This document shows positions 18,938 through 27,720 of a stretch of DNA of 64,000 nucleotides, in pieces; within the stretch, counting starts at the first letter, position 1; each line of letters begins with the position of its first letter. The position numbers and the translations under genes were made by a program. The DNA comes from an uncultured Bacteroidales bacterium (GTDB lineage Bacteria > Bacteroidota > Bacteroidia > Bacteroidales > Paludibacteraceae). The notes beneath the pieces were generated by a model. It had not been told where the DNA came from and ran no database searches. It saw nothing but the letters and a program-made list of their open reading frames with translations. Location: assembly GCA_900319995.1 (NCBI GenBank), contig ONQO01000004.1:531-64530 (forward strand). Direction: 5' to 3'.

Positions 18938-19094
18938 ATCAATAAAACGCGCAGAGACAATTATTGAGCAATTAGAAAAAGCCGAGGCGCTGAGCATGGA
19001 CGAGTATAAACGTCTTGCTTCGGAAGCCACATCATTGCTCAAACACTGCAAAGAAGAACTGGAAGGTGTACGCCTTTCTTTGGACAAGTTTTAA
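18924..19094 (+). CDS. xseB: Exodeoxyribonuclease VII small subunit
   Basis: MTYDESIKRAETIIEQLEKAEALSMDEYKRLASEATSLLKHCKEELEGV (56 aa). Overlaps the radical SAM 3' end by 14 nt. Confidence 0.8.
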   Translation: MTYDESIKRAETIIEQLEKAEALSMDEYKRLASEATSLLKHCKEELEGVRLSLDKF

Positions 19095-19120
19095 GGGCAC
19101 TTAAAGCTACATTCAAAACA

Positions 19121-19149
19121 AAAAAACGCTCCATTGTGAGCGTTTTTTT
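19121..19149. terminator. Bidirectional rho-independent terminator between convergent genes
   Basis: aaaaaacgctc-cattgt-gagcgtttttt. Confidence 0.7.
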
Positions 19150-19176
19150 GTCATTGACCGTTTGGTTTGTCTGCCG

Positions 19177-19353
19177 TCAAATCTTGCCGCGTACCAAGAA
19201 ATAGTAAACAGCAAATCCTACCCAGCTGAAAGCCAAGACAAGGACGGAAGCAATGATCTTACCTACCAAACCACATTTAGCCGTTTGGAAGATATCCCAT
19301 ACGCACCATACGGCACATACGATACCCAAAATATAAATAATTTCTCCAATCAT
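19177..19353 (-). CDS. Small membrane protein, PLD-nuclease-N-terminal-like (PLDc_N)
   Basis: Below the track cutoff, read by hand: MIGEIIYILGIVCAVWCVWDIFQTAKCGLVGKIIASVLVLAFSWVGFAVYYFLVRGKI (58 aa). It has two TM helices and the W..D motif typical of this family. Confidence 0.6.
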   Translation of the reverse strand: MIGEIIYILGIVCAVWCVWDIFQTAKCGLVGKIIASVLVLAFSWVGFAVYYFLVRGKI

Positions 19354-19371
19354 AATTTCATCTGTTGTTTG

Positions 19372-20868
19372 TTATCGTAGGTAATTCTCCCATTTGGTAT
19401 TACGCATATCTCCGGACTTGAGGAACTCCTCATGCATCGCGAAAGCGAGCGAAAGGTTGTGTTGCGTCTGTCCGTGCTTTGCGTGTTTAAGGTAGTCGCG
19501 CAACATCTCACGGTATTCGGGAGCCACACAATTATTGATGATTTCCTCAGCACGCTGACGCGGACTCTTACCACGCAGATCGGCTACACCTTGCTCGGTG
19601 ACGATGACCTTCACAGAGTGCTCGGAGTGATCGAGGTGCGTTACCATCGGTACGATGGACGAGATAGCGCCGTTCTTGGCGGTGGAAGCCGTCGTAAAGA
19701 TAGAAAGGTACGCGTTGCGCGCGAAGTCGCCTGAACCGCCGATACCGTTCATCATCTTCGTGCCGCATACATGTGTCGAGTTGACGTTTCCGTAGATATC
19801 TGCCTCGAGAGCGGTGTTGATAGCGATGATACCGAGACGACGTGCGATCTCCGGGCTGTTGGATGTCTCCTGCGGACGAAGCAAGAGCTTGTCGCGGTAG
19901 AAATCCAGGTCAGCAAGGACTTCCGCCATCTTGCTCTCCACGAGACGCAGGGAACAACCGGAAGCAAACTTACAGTGGCCGGCTTTGATGAGGTCCACGA
20001 CGGAGTCCTGAATCACCTCGGAGTACATCTCAAACGGCGGGATATGCGGGTTCTTACCGAGCTCACCGAGGACGGCGTTGGCTACGTTGCCCACACCCGA
20101 TTGGATCGGCAGGAAAGACGCAGGAATACGTCCGGCTTTCATCTCTGCCTCCAGGAAGGCAGCTACGTTAGCACCGATCTTAGCGGTTGTCTCATCCACC
20201 GGTGTGAAAGCTGCTATCTCGTTCGGACGGTTGGTCTTCACTACCGCAGCAATCTTCGCGGGATCGACCTTCAAGTGGTCAGAGCCGCAGCGGTCGGAGG
20301 GTTTGTAGATAGGTATCTCGCGGCGGCAAGGAGGATCGAGCGGCTCATAGAGATCGTGCATACCCCGCATGGTAGCAGGGAACATCTCATTGAGCTCGAC
20401 GATAATCTTATCCGCCATGCGGCAGATAGTCGGCATGATGCCTACTCCGGCAGCCGGCACGATCGTACCGTCTTCGCCTACATACGAAGCCTCGATAATA
20501 GCGAACTTGGGTTTGGGCAGGAAGCCATAACGCAGGTCTTGCGCCATGTGGCTCAGGTGCATGTCGAAATAGTGCGTACCCTCGGCATTGATCTCCTCAC
20601 GCATGGATTTGTTGGACTGATAGGGCGTACGGAACTCAACTGCATGCGCACGTGCCAACGCACCATCACAACTGTCACCCATCGAAGCACCTGTCTCCAG
20701 TCCTACTCGGAACGGCTTGCCTTCTGCGTGCAGACGCTCCGCACGCTGAGCGAGGGCAAAAGGAACGGCCTTGGGCACTCCGGTAGCCGTAAAGCCACCC
20801 ATGCCCAAGACGTCACCATGTTGAATCAATTCAGCCGCTTCTTCAGCGGTCATAAATGGTAAAGCCAT
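19372..20868 (-). CDS. Acetyl-CoA hydrolase/transferase family protein (succinate/acetate CoA-transferase type)
   Basis: 498 aa. Features MTAEEAAELIQHGDVLGMGGF, AIIEAS, and the GIGGSGDFARNAY C-terminal motif. Confidence 0.85.
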   Translation of the reverse strand: MALPFMTAEEAAELIQHGDVLGMGGFTATGVPKAVPFALAQRAERLHAEGKPFRVGLETGASMGDSCDGALARAHAVEFRTPYQSNKSMREEINAEGTHYFDMHLSHMAQDLRYGFLPKPKFAIIEASYVGEDGTIVPAAGVGIMPTICRMADKIIVELNEMFPATMRGMHDLYEPLDPPCRREIPIYKPSDRCGSDHLKVDPAKIAAVVKTNRPNEIAAFTPVDETTAKIGANVAAFLEAEMKAGRIPASFLPIQSGVGNVANAVLGELGKNPHIPPFEMYSEVIQDSVVDLIKAGHCKFASGCSLRLVESKMAEVLADLDFYRDKLLLRPQETSNSPEIARRLGIIAINTALEADIYGNVNSTHVCGTKMMNGIGGSGDFARNAYLSIFTTASTAKNGAISSIVPMVTHLDHSEHSVKVIVTEQGVADLRGKSPRQRAEEIINNCVAPEYREMLRDYLKHAKHGQTQHNLSLAFAMHEEFLKSGDMRNTKWENYLR

Positions 20869-20908
20869 TTTATGATTTCAAATTTATGATTTCAAATTTA
20901 TGATTTAC
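20869..20908. repeat. Tandem 14-mer tttatgatttcaaa x2.8 filling the fba-CoA transferase spacer
   Basis: Units at 20869-20882 and 20883-20896, plus a partial copy running into the fba stop codon (20905-20907). On the minus strand each unit junction reads TAAATTTG. Confidence 0.95.
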
Positions 20909-21818
20909 TCTGCTTTGCCGTCGGAACCGAGGACGTTGATGATCTTATGCTTGTAAAGCTCCTCCATGAGGTCACGAGCAGGACCGCAGTACTTACGCGG
21001 ATCGAACTCACCCGGTTTCTCTGCTAATACCTTACGGACAGCAGCGGTGAACGCCAGACGGCTATCGGAGTCGATGTTAATCTTGCATACTGCGCTCTTG
21101 GCAGCCTTGCGCAACCGTGGAGAACGATGGGGAAGCCCGGAAGCTGCTCCATGACTGCATCCAATACGTCGAAAGCCAATGGAGGAGGAACGAGACGTCC
21201 GGTCTTCGGGTCACGGGTACATTGCTCCGGAGTGAACTTGTAAGCTCCGTGGCTGGTACCGATGGAGATAGCCAGGCTGTCGCAACCGGTGCGGGTAGCG
21301 AAATCAACTACCTCTTCCGGCTTGGTATAGTGGCTGACAGCCGACGAAACCTCGTCTTCCACACCTGCGAGCACGCCGAGCTCAGCCTCAACGGTTACGT
21401 CGTATTGGTGAGCGTAGTCCACTACTTTCTTGGTGAGGGCGATGTTCTCCTCATACGGCAGCGACGAAGCGTCAATCATAACGCTCGAGAAACCGAAGTC
21501 CACGCAGCTCTTGCAAAGCTCGAAGCTATCTCCGTGGTCAAGGTGCAAACAGATCTGCGGGTGTTCCCAACCGAGTTCTTTAGCGTACTCAACGGCACCC
21601 TGAGCCATGTAACGAAGAAGTGTTTGGTTAGCGTAGTTACGCGCACCTTTGGAAACCTGAAGAATAACCGGGCTCTTGGTCTCAGCCGAAGCTTTGATGA
21701 TAGCCTGGAGTTGCTCCATGTTGTTGAAGTTAAATGCCGGGATAGCATAGCCTCCCTTGATAGCCTTGGCAAACATCTCACGGGTGTTCACAAGACCTAA
21801 TTCTTTGTAACTTACCAT
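20905..21818 (-). pseudogene. fba: Class II fructose-1,6-bisphosphate aldolase, interrupted by an apparent internal out-of-frame deletion
   Basis: The N-part ORF 21024..21818 reads MVSYKELGLVNTREMFAKAIKGGYAIPAFNFNN...HLDHG...PGFPIVLHG. The C-part ORF 20905..21114 reads LRKAAKSAVCKINIDSDSRLAFTAA...FDPRKYCGPAR. The two halves abut at about 21113-21117 in different frames. Confidence 0.8.
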
Positions 21819-21928
21819 AGTTTTAATTGTTTGATATTGTTAAAATTTGTTTGTTATTAATAGTATAGGGCACTTCCAAAAATTCCACTTTTTTAGTTTT
21901 ACCCATTTAAATTAAACATTTGGCACTA

Positions 21929-23869
21929 TTATTTCTTTTTGGCCGCGATGATGAAGTATGCAATCAGCGCAACATATGCCGCTATTCCAACGAGAGCGGC
22001 ACTACCGCTACCTGCCCACTGCGTCAAATAACAATCGGCTCCGCAGAACTTGACAATCGCCGAAACGACACCCATTAGTGCGCCACCGGCTATGAATCCT
22101 GAAGCAATGAGTGTTCCTTTCTGCTGATGTTTTTCTCCTACAAACCAGGAGATTAGTCCACCTACCAATAGAGGTGTATTTAAAGGCAGCGGAATAAACA
22201 TACCTAAAGCGAAAGGCAGCACAGGTACGCTCAACTGGCTGAGTATCAGCGCCAATACGGCACCAGCCAGATACAACATCCACGGTGCTCCCTGTCCTGA
22301 CATCAGCGGTTCAATCACCGCAGCCATGGCGTTTGCCTGCGGCGCCACCAATGCATTCTCGCCTACAAAACCGTAAGTCTTGTTGAGAATAATCATCACA
22401 CCTCCAACAGTGGCAGCCGAAACAAGCGTACCCAGGAATTTCCATGTCTCCTGTTTGCGTGGAGTGGAACCTATCCAATAGCCAATTTTCAAGTCTGTAA
22501 TGAATCCTCCTGCCATAGACAAGGCGGTACAAACAACCCCGCCGATGACCATAGCACCTACCATGCCGCTGGCACCTTTCATACCTACAGCCACAAAGAC
22601 CACACTCGCGACGATAAGCGTCATTAGCGTCATGCCGGACACAGGATTAGAGCCGACGATAGCAATCGCATTGGCTGCTACCGTGGTAAAGAGGAAGGCT
22701 ATGATTGTCACTACGAGGAAGGCAACCAATGCCTGCCAGAAATTATGCAGAACACCGACAAAAAAGAACACCAACGTGCATATTAACGCCACTGCAATCG
22801 CCACAACGAGGAGCTTCATGCTCAGGTCACGCTCCGTGCGTAGCAGCTTGGTTCCCTGCAATTTATCATTTTGTCCTTTGGGAGCAAGTTCTTTCTTCGC
22901 CAATCCTACGGCACTTTTAATCACGCCCCATGAACGTACAATTCCTATCAATCCCGCCATGGCGATAGCGCCAATGCCGATATTGCGCCCGTAGTCGGTA
23001 AACAACACTTGCGGATCGGTTTCCGCCATTCCCGGCATGGCTCCTAAAACAGGCAACAGTACCCACCATACGAATAAGGAACCTGCACAAATGATAGCTG
23101 CATATTTGAGACCGATTATAAAACCCAAACCAAGTACGGCAGCGGAAGTATTAATCGAGAAAACCAGTTTCGTTTTCATCGCTACCGTCTCTCCCCATTG
23201 GACCATGCGTGTGCTTAACTGCTCTGTCCATAAGCCGAACGTACTGACGACAAAGTCATACAAGCCTCCAATAGCCGCAGCCCATATAAGCGGTTTCGCA
23301 GCAGAAGAAGCTTTCTCTTCCTTTGTACTTGGTACTTCGTCACTTTGAACCTCATTGCTGATCAACACTTGTGTTGTGGCCGTTGCTTCGGGGAAAGGAT
23401 ACTCGCCGTGTTTCTCCTGGACAAAATACTTGCGGAAAGGTATCAGAAACAATATTCCAAGACAGCCTCCCAATAACGACGAGAAGAATATCTGTGTGAA
23501 AGTGACAGTCATCTCCGGGTACTTGGCTTGCAAGATATACAATGCCGGAAGCGTGAAAATCGCTCCTGCCACAATAACTCCCGAGCTGGCACCTATTGAC
23601 TGAATCATTACGTTTTCACCCAAAGCGTTTTTGCGCCCGAGTATAGAGGACAAACTCACAGCAATGATAGCGATAGGGATAGCCGCCTCAAACACCTGAC
23701 CGACTTTCAGTCCAAGGTAAGCAGCCGCAGCCGAGAAAATAACCGCCATCAGAACACCTACGCTGACGCTATACGGAGTCACCTCGGGGTAATCCTTGTC
23801 GCCACGTAGAATCGGTTGGTATTTCTCACCCGGTTTCAAAGGTCTGCCGGCATTTTCTGGTAAATTCAT
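21929..23869 (-). CDS. OPT-family oligopeptide transporter
   Basis: 646 aa, with more than 14 predicted TM segments. The N-terminus KPGEKYQPILRGDKDYPEVTPYSVSVGVLMAVIFSAAAAYLGLKVGQ is typical of bacterial OPT proteins. Confidence 0.85.
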   Translation of the reverse strand: MNLPENAGRPLKPGEKYQPILRGDKDYPEVTPYSVSVGVLMAVIFSAAAAYLGLKVGQVFEAAIPIAIIAVSLSSILGRKNALGENVMIQSIGASSGVIVAGAIFTLPALYILQAKYPEMTVTFTQIFFSSLLGGCLGILFLIPFRKYFVQEKHGEYPFPEATATTQVLISNEVQSDEVPSTKEEKASSAAKPLIWAAAIGGLYDFVVSTFGLWTEQLSTRMVQWGETVAMKTKLVFSINTSAAVLGLGFIIGLKYAAIICAGSLFVWWVLLPVLGAMPGMAETDPQVLFTDYGRNIGIGAIAMAGLIGIVRSWGVIKSAVGLAKKELAPKGQNDKLQGTKLLRTERDLSMKLLVVAIAVALICTLVFFFVGVLHNFWQALVAFLVVTIIAFLFTTVAANAIAIVGSNPVSGMTLMTLIVASVVFVAVGMKGASGMVGAMVIGGVVCTALSMAGGFITDLKIGYWIGSTPRKQETWKFLGTLVSAATVGGVMIILNKTYGFVGENALVAPQANAMAAVIEPLMSGQGAPWMLYLAGAVLALILSQLSVPVLPFALGMFIPLPLNTPLLVGGLISWFVGEKHQQKGTLIASGFIAGGALMGVVSAIVKFCGADCYLTQWAGSGSAALVGIAAYVALIAYFIIAAKKK

Positions 23870-23931
23870 AAAAACATTTACTTTTTGTTGTTATTTTATC
23901 ATCTGTTTGCTATAGCCACATTTGCTTTCTG

Positions 23932-25047
23932 CTATTTCTTCATTTCTGCAGCATGATGTCCACGGATGAGGACATGGTGGTTATGGATGGGCGAGGTAAG
24001 GAAATACTGCGCCACTTCGGGCGTCGCTTTTATCCAAACCTGCGTGCGGCATAAGTCTGCTTCGAATTGGCAACGCTCAAGCTCTACATCCACCGCTAAC
24101 AAGCGTTTCAGGTCAGCACTCAGTTTGACCAATGTATAATCGCCCGTCGGCAGGTCACCATGAATAGCGACTCCTATGCCCGACTCGAAATGGGTGGTGA
24201 ACTCATGTTTCTCAGTCATGCCCAGCGGTAGCGTACAATGCGCAAACAGCATTTCTCCATCTGCTTTGATACGGGCAGGATTTACCTGGAAACATAATTC
24301 TCCTGTCCGTTTTTTGCAAAGCATCATGGTCAGCAAAGTGGGTATATCTCCCTCACAAGCGGCCGGAATACCTTCGTCATTCAGTTTGCTCAACGCTATA
24401 CATCCGGTGTTCTTCACCGTGGTCAGCAAGTCGAAACAACGCAAGGTCACGCCCTGCAGGTTATATTTTTGTACAATCTCTTTCAGCCGCTCATAAATAG
24501 CCTCAGCGCCTTTCATACCCGGATCCACTTCGCCTAAAGAAGTCATTTCTTCAATAGGAATATCCACGAGTTCGATATTCATCGTGCGGAGCACCATCTC
24601 ATAATCCACACGGGACGAAATGAGCCAGTCGGAAGGAAATCCGACCACACCCAACCTCTGTGGGTTGAGGTCATTTGAGGTCGTTTGAGGTTGTTTGAAA
24701 GAAGTTAACAACGACTCTGAAGGCTGACTGATTACGGACAAGCGGTTGTCAGTATCTATAGCGGTATCTTCCGCAGACATCATAACCTTTCCCACGCCGT
24801 TATGCTGACGGATATAACTCAGAATCTCCAACGAAGCCGCCAATGAGTTACTATGCCCGCTGACCATCAGAAAAACCGGTTTGTGAAGGTCAATCAAGCC
24901 CTCTTCCACCAAATGAACGAACTTCGCTTCGGTTCCTCCTGTCAGCACAGCCACTACTTGGTTCGCACGCAAGAACGACTCCGGCAATACAAAAGGTACA
25001 GCCAGCGCCTCGCGGTGCATTTCGGATGAAAGTATATGTAACAGCAT
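23932..25047 (-). CDS. L-fucose/L-arabinose-isomerase-like protein (paralogue B)
   Basis: 371 aa. C-terminal region GCIALSKLNDEGIPAACEGDIPTLLTMM...HFESGIGVAIHGD...NHHVLIRGHH resembles the Fucose_iso_C-type fold. The assignment is tentative. Confidence 0.5.
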   Translation of the reverse strand: MLLHILSSEMHREALAVPFVLPESFLRANQVVAVLTGGTEAKFVHLVEEGLIDLHKPVFLMVSGHSNSLAASLEILSYIRQHNGVGKVMMSAEDTAIDTDNRLSVISQPSESLLTSFKQPQTTSNDLNPQRLGVVGFPSDWLISSRVDYEMVLRTMNIELVDIPIEEMTSLGEVDPGMKGAEAIYERLKEIVQKYNLQGVTLRCFDLLTTVKNTGCIALSKLNDEGIPAACEGDIPTLLTMMLCKKRTGELCFQVNPARIKADGEMLFAHCTLPLGMTEKHEFTTHFESGIGVAIHGDLPTGDYTLVKLSADLKRLLAVDVELERCQFEADLCRTQVWIKATPEVAQYFLTSPIHNHHVLIRGHHAAEMKK

Positions 25048-26135
25048 TAGTCTCTCCAGAATTTAGCCGCGTGGTGACCTTTGATGAGCACGTGGTGGTT
25101 GGACAAAGGAGATGTAAGCAGGTATTGGCTTACTATTGGCGTGGACTGAATCCAAATCTGCGTGCGGCAGAGGTTCTTCTCATACTGGCAATTCGTAACG
25201 GTTACGTTGACCGCCAAGAGATGTTTCATATCGTGACTCAGTTTGACCAGCGTATAATCGCCTGCGGGCACTTCGCCGTGAATAGCCACACCTATACCTG
25301 ATTCGAAATGTGTAGTGAACTCATGTTTCTCTGTCATGCTCAGGGCGATGGTACACTTGGCAAGAAGTATCTTTCCGTCCGGCTGAATACGTGCAGGATT
25401 CCCCATAAATCCGGGTTCGCCCGTCAGTTTTTTACATGCCATCATGGTCAGCAGTACGGGTATATCACCTTCACAACCGGCAGGAATACCCTCGTCTTGC
25501 AGTTTGCTCACAGCAATACAACCTGTGTTCTTGCAAGTTGCAAAAAGGTCGAAGCAACGTACCGTTACACCATCGAGTTGATACTTGGCGACAATCTCTT
25601 TCAAGCGGCCATAGATAGCCTCTGCGCCTTTCATACCCGGATCCACCTCGCCAAGACTTGACAACTCGGTGAAAGGAATATCCACCAGTTCGCAGTTCAT
25701 CTTATCCAACACTTCTTTGTAATCCACCTGCGAAGCAATCAGCCAGTCAGACGGCTTGCCCACTACACCCAAACGTTGCTTTTTGTCGTTATGCAACACT
25801 TTCTCACGGGGAGCACGCGTCAACGAATCCGTTTCGTTGGTATCGGGGAAAATAGTGTCTTTCGGATGCTGCATCACTTTCGCGATACCGTTACGCAGAC
25901 GGATATAACTCAGAATCTCCAGTGCTGCGGGCAGAGAGTTACTATACTCACTGACCATCAAATATACAGGCCGCTTCAAATCAATCTTTTTATCGCGAAC
26001 CAATTCCACAAATTGCGCCTCTGTTCCGCCGGACAGAACAGCGACCACTTGATTTTCTTCTACAAACTGATCCGACACCTTGAATGGCATATCGGATACC
26101 TCCGTGTGGAGAGCTGAACATAATGTGTGTAACAT
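25047..26135 (-). CDS. L-fucose/L-arabinose-isomerase-like protein (paralogue A)
   Basis: 362 aa, collinear with paralogue B (roughly 60% identical by eye). Its stop and the downstream start overlap as TAATG at 25047. Confidence 0.5.
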   Translation of the reverse strand: MLHTLCSALHTEVSDMPFKVSDQFVEENQVVAVLSGGTEAQFVELVRDKKIDLKRPVYLMVSEYSNSLPAALEILSYIRLRNGIAKVMQHPKDTIFPDTNETDSLTRAPREKVLHNDKKQRLGVVGKPSDWLIASQVDYKEVLDKMNCELVDIPFTELSSLGEVDPGMKGAEAIYGRLKEIVAKYQLDGVTVRCFDLFATCKNTGCIAVSKLQDEGIPAGCEGDIPVLLTMMACKKLTGEPGFMGNPARIQPDGKILLAKCTIALSMTEKHEFTTHFESGIGVAIHGEVPAGDYTLVKLSHDMKHLLAVNVTVTNCQYEKNLCRTQIWIQSTPIVSQYLLTSPLSNHHVLIKGHHAAKFWRD

Positions 26136-26153
26136 AGAAATTGTATTTTGAGG

Positions 26154-27125
26154 TTATTGTAATAGCATTATTCCTTCTTTTTCGCAACGGGCTTTTTCTT
26201 CCTCCGCCCATTCGCTCACTTGTACTTCACCGATGTGGCGTTTATGCAGCAACACCATACACAGTCTTGACTGCCCTATTCCGCCACCAATGCTCAAAGG
26301 AAGAGTATTATTGAGCACCAAGCGATGGTACTCCAGTTCCGCCCATGCTTCATGCCCCGCTTGTGCCAACTGACTCGCCATCGACTCTGCGTTGACGCGG
26401 ATACCCATAGATGACAACTCTATCGGCTTACCCAACTCCGGATACCATATCAGTATGTCCCCGTTCAACGCCCAGTCGTCATAATCCGCAGCACGGCTGT
26501 CGTGTCTTTTGCCATCAGACAGCACTCCGCCTATGCCCTGAATGAACACCGCGCCTTTCTCTTTGCATATCGCATATTCACGTTCTTGCGGAGTCAAGTC
26601 AGGATATCGTTGCAGCAACTCCTCCGAGGTGATGAAACAGATCTCTTTCGGCAAAAAAGGCTTCAACTCCGCGTAGTGCTCACATACGACATACTCGGTG
26701 TTAAGCAGTACAGCATAAATGCGCCTAACCGTCTCATGCAGGTAATCCTCTGTGCGCTCTTCCGGCGTAATCACTTTCTCCCAATCCCACTGATCGACAT
26801 ACAGGCTATGAATATCGTCCGGCGTTTCAAAGGTACGCAGCGCGTTCATGTCGGTATAGATGCCTAATCCGGCAGCCGAGCGTATATGCCATAGTTTCAT
26901 CCGTTTCCATTTGGCGAGCGAATGAACAATTTCACATTGCCTGTTCAAGGCTGGTACAAAGAAACGTACCGGTTGCTCCACACCCGTCAGATCATCGTTC
27001 AAACCATGCCCGGATTCCACGAAAAGAGGCGCCGTAACCCGGCGTAGCCGCAGCATCGCAGACAATTGTAATTGGAAGGTATCCTTTACTAATTTGATGG
27101 CGTGTTCGGTCTCTTGTACTGTCAT
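26154..27125 (-). CDS. asnA: Aspartate--ammonia ligase
   Basis: 323 aa. Motifs: LRLRRVTAPLFV, HSLAKWKR, SLYVDQWDWEKVI, LSSMGIRV, LPLSIGGGIGQSRLCM. Confidence 0.92.
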   Translation of the reverse strand: MTVQETEHAIKLVKDTFQLQLSAMLRLRRVTAPLFVESGHGLNDDLTGVEQPVRFFVPALNRQCEIVHSLAKWKRMKLWHIRSAAGLGIYTDMNALRTFETPDDIHSLYVDQWDWEKVITPEERTEDYLHETVRRIYAVLLNTEYVVCEHYAELKPFLPKEICFITSEELLQRYPDLTPQEREYAICKEKGAVFIQGIGGVLSDGKRHDSRAADYDDWALNGDILIWYPELGKPIELSSMGIRVNAESMASQLAQAGHEAWAELEYHRLVLNNTLPLSIGGGIGQSRLCMVLLHKRHIGEVQVSEWAEEEKARCEKEGIMLLQ

Positions 27126-27151
27126 TATATGCCTATTCTACAAAATTCGCT

Positions 27152-27183
27152 GCAAAATTACAAAAAAAAAATCAAATATGCAA
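27152..27183 (-). promoter_or_regulatory. asnA promoter (-7 TAATTTTG, -33 CTTG)
   Basis: caaaatta at 27152-27159 and caag at 27180-27183, with a 20-nt spacer. Confidence 0.6.
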
Positions 27184-27379
27184 GAATTTAATAACTTTTT
27201 ATTAAATTTGTCGTTTTCAGCCCTTATCCGAAACATTATTGGGCATAGGGCAGACAGATGCAACAAGGATGGTTGGTAAATATTTCTTTTAGGGATTAAT
27301 AAAACCGTATTGGGGTCAAGTTTGGCATAATTATTTTTGCGGTATATAGTATTAATTATCAAAGATTTATGCCATTTTT

Positions 27380-27506
27380 TCAGTTTGTGACAGTTTGAGG
27401 CAGTTTCTTAGGTAATCGTAGGCTGAATGTCGCGTTAATTACACGGTAATAACGCGGTAATAACGCGCTAATCACCCGCTTTTTTGTGGTAAAAAGGTGG
27501 TAAAAA
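27380..27506. repeat. Mosaic of short tandem repeats: cagtttNNNN x3 (27380-27409), cgcggtaataa-type 11-mers x4 (27430-27473), gtggtaaaaaN x2 (27485-27506)
   Basis: Read directly from the sequence. It lies in a roughly 540-nt non-coding gap between asnA and the next gene. Confidence 0.9.
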
Positions 27507-27564
27507 CCTTTTGCATCGAGGGAGTTTGGTGGCGCTTTTGAAGGGCGGTTAGATGTCAGTAATA

Positions 27565-27610
27565 TCAAAAAACAAGCGGTGTGTCAAAAATGACTCATCG
27601 CTTGTTTATT
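27565..27610 (-). terminator. Terminator-like hairpin after the 105-aa membrane protein gene
   Basis: aacaagcg (27570-27577) pairs with cgcttgtt (27598-27605) around a 20-nt loop. A T-run follows on the minus strand. Confidence 0.45.
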
Positions 27611-27720
27611 TCGTCCAAAAAATCCAAAAATGATTCCAAAAAATCTTTATAGGTCAAAAAATACCAATATTATCAATATTCTTTCTTTGAATCAGTAATT
27701 TCGACACACCTGCATACATT

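Noticed and set aside
19771-20862. 363-aa plus-strand ORF
   Set aside because: It is antisense to the CoA transferase gene and is a shadow ORF.
21077-21800. ORFs of 76, 227 and 101 aa overlapping fba
   Set aside because: These are alternative-frame or antisense shadows within the aldolase gene. Only the two collinear aldolase fragments have homology-like content.
27380-27568. 62-aa minus-strand ORF
   Set aside because: It is composed of the tandem repeat mosaic and overlaps the terminator hairpin. It has no promoter and no sensible protein features.
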